Both the position numbers and the translations under genes were made by a program. A model generated the notes under the pieces. That model made no database searches. It worked only from the letters and a program-made list of their open reading frames with translations, and was not told the DNA's origin. From Mobula birostris (taxonomy: Eukaryota): DNA of 64,000 nt. The stretch covers positions 34,261,130 to 34,325,129 of the forward strand of contig NC_092375.1 of assembly GCF_030028105.1 (NCBI RefSeq). Direction: 5' to 3'. This document shows, piece after piece, positions 62,365-64,000 of the stretch. Positions within the stretch are counted from its first letter, which is position 1. Every line of letters begins with the position of its first letter.

Positions 62365-63900
62365 TGAGAAGGCCTTGGCGAGCAGGATCAAGGAAAACCC
62401 CAAGGCATTCTACAAGAATGTGAAGAGAAAGAGGATAAGACGTGAGAGAATAGGACCAATCAAGTGTGACAGTGGAAAAGTGTATGGAACCGGAGGAGAT
62501 AGCAGAGGTACTTAATGAATACTTTGCTTCAGTATTCACTACGGAAAAGGATCTTGGCGATTGTAGGGATGACTTATAGTGGACTGAAAAGCTTGAGCTT
62601 ATTAAAAGCTTGAGATATTAAGGAAGAGGATGTGCTGGCGCTTTTGGAAAGCATCAAGTTGGATAAGTCACTGGGACCAGTCGAGATGTACCCCAGGCTA
62701 CTGTAGGAGGTGAGGGAGGAGAGGGAGGAGATTTCTGAGCCTCTGGTGTTTTGCATCATCAATGGGGATGGGAGAGGTTCTGGAGGATTGGAGGGTTGTG
62801 GATGTTGTTTCCTTATTCAAGAAAGGGAGTAGAGATAGCCCAGGAAATTATAGACCAGTGAGTCTTACTTCAATGGTTGGTAAGTTGATGGAGAAGATCC
62901 TGAGGCAGGATTTGTGAATATTTGGACAGGCATAATATGATTAGGAATAGTCAGCATGGCTTTGTCAAGGGCAGGTCGTGCTTTACGAGCCGGATTGAAT
63001 TTTTTTGAGGATGTGACTAAACACATTGATGAAGGTAGGTGTAGTGTATATGGATTTCAGCAAGGCATTTGATAAGGTACCCCATGCAAGGCTTATTGAG
63101 AAAGTAAGGAGGCGTGGGTTCCAAGGGGACATTGCTTTGTGTATCCAGAACTGGCTTGCCCACAGAAGGCAAAGAGCGGTTGTAGATGGGTCATATTCTG
63201 CATGGAGGTCGGTGACCAGTGGTGTGCCTCAGGGATCTGTTCTGGAACCCCTTCTCTTCGTGATTCTTATAAATGACCTGGATGAGGAAGGGAGGGATGA
63301 GTTAATAAGTTTGCTGATGACATGAAGGTTGGGGGTGTTGTGGATAGTGTGGAGGCCTGACAGAGGTTACAGCAGGACATTGATAGGATGCAAAACTGGG
63401 CTGAGAAGTGGCAGATGCAGTTCAACACAGATAAGTGCGAGGTGGTAGGTCAACTATGATGGCAGAATATAGCATTAATGGTAAGACTCCTGGCAGTATG
63501 GAGGATCAGAGGGATCTTGGGGTCCGAGTCTATGGAACACTCAAAGCTGCTACACAGGTTGACTCTGTGGTTAAGAAGGCATACAGTGCAATGGGCTTCA
63601 TCAATTGTGGGATTGAGTTTAAGAGCCAAGAAGTAATGTTGCAGCTATATAGGACCCTGGTCAGTCCCCACTTGGAATACTGTGCTCAGTTCTGATTACC
63701 TCACTACAGGAAGGATGTGGGAACCATAGAAGGGTGCAGAGGAGACTTACAAGGATGTTGCCTGGATTGGGGGGCATGCCTTATGCGAATAGGTTGAGTG
63801 AACTCGGCTTTGCTCCTTGGAATGATGGAGGATGAGAGGTGACCTGATAGAGGTGTATAAGATGAGAGGCATTGATCGTGTGGATAGTCAGAGGCTTTAA
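62365..63900 (+). mobile_element. Decayed CR1 LINE RT region
   Basis: [33 protein letters not shown] and LYRTLV.PHLEYCAQF. Confidence 0.92.
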
Positions 63901-64000
63901 TACAAATTATTAGAACTAAGACCTGTAAGAGACTAAAGTGCTGTTTCTGGAGATGCTGCCCAATCACAGTGCGTGCAGCATTTTCTAGTTTTTTTTTCAG

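Noticed and set aside
1-64000. tRNA, rRNA or snoRNA genes
   Set aside because: None recognised by eye; a covariance-model scan would be needed to exclude intronic snoRNAs.

Overview
This is vertebrate nuclear DNA, most likely from a cartilaginous fish (ray or shark; inferred from gene divergence and a CR1/Penelope/Rex1-dominated repeat landscape). Two spliced genes lie on the minus strand. ZBTB11 is complete: 11 coding exons at 37584-59659 giving about 1080 aa, with an integrase-like HHCC domain, BTB, AT-hook and 12 C2H2 fingers. PCNP has coding exons 1-4 at 6459-19181; its last exon was not found in the window. The rest is dense, often nested transposons: CR1, L1, Rex1/Babar, Penelope-like (PLE), hAT, Tigger/pogo, mariner-like and a solo LTR. 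The most striking non-coding signal is a family of PLE terminal repeats carrying a 36-38 nt minimal type I hammerhead ribozyme. It occurs as 5 copies with intact catalytic cores plus about 8 decayed ones, in three forms: a ribozyme-plus-tail mini-insertion, TSD-flanked inverted fold-back dimers, and one sense-strand copy in a ZBTB11 intron. A possible unannotated spliced antisense transcript inside PCNP intron 4 and a possible PCNP poison exon are lower-confidence leads. All coordinates were counted by hand, repeat boundaries without TSDs are approximate, and no database searches were run.
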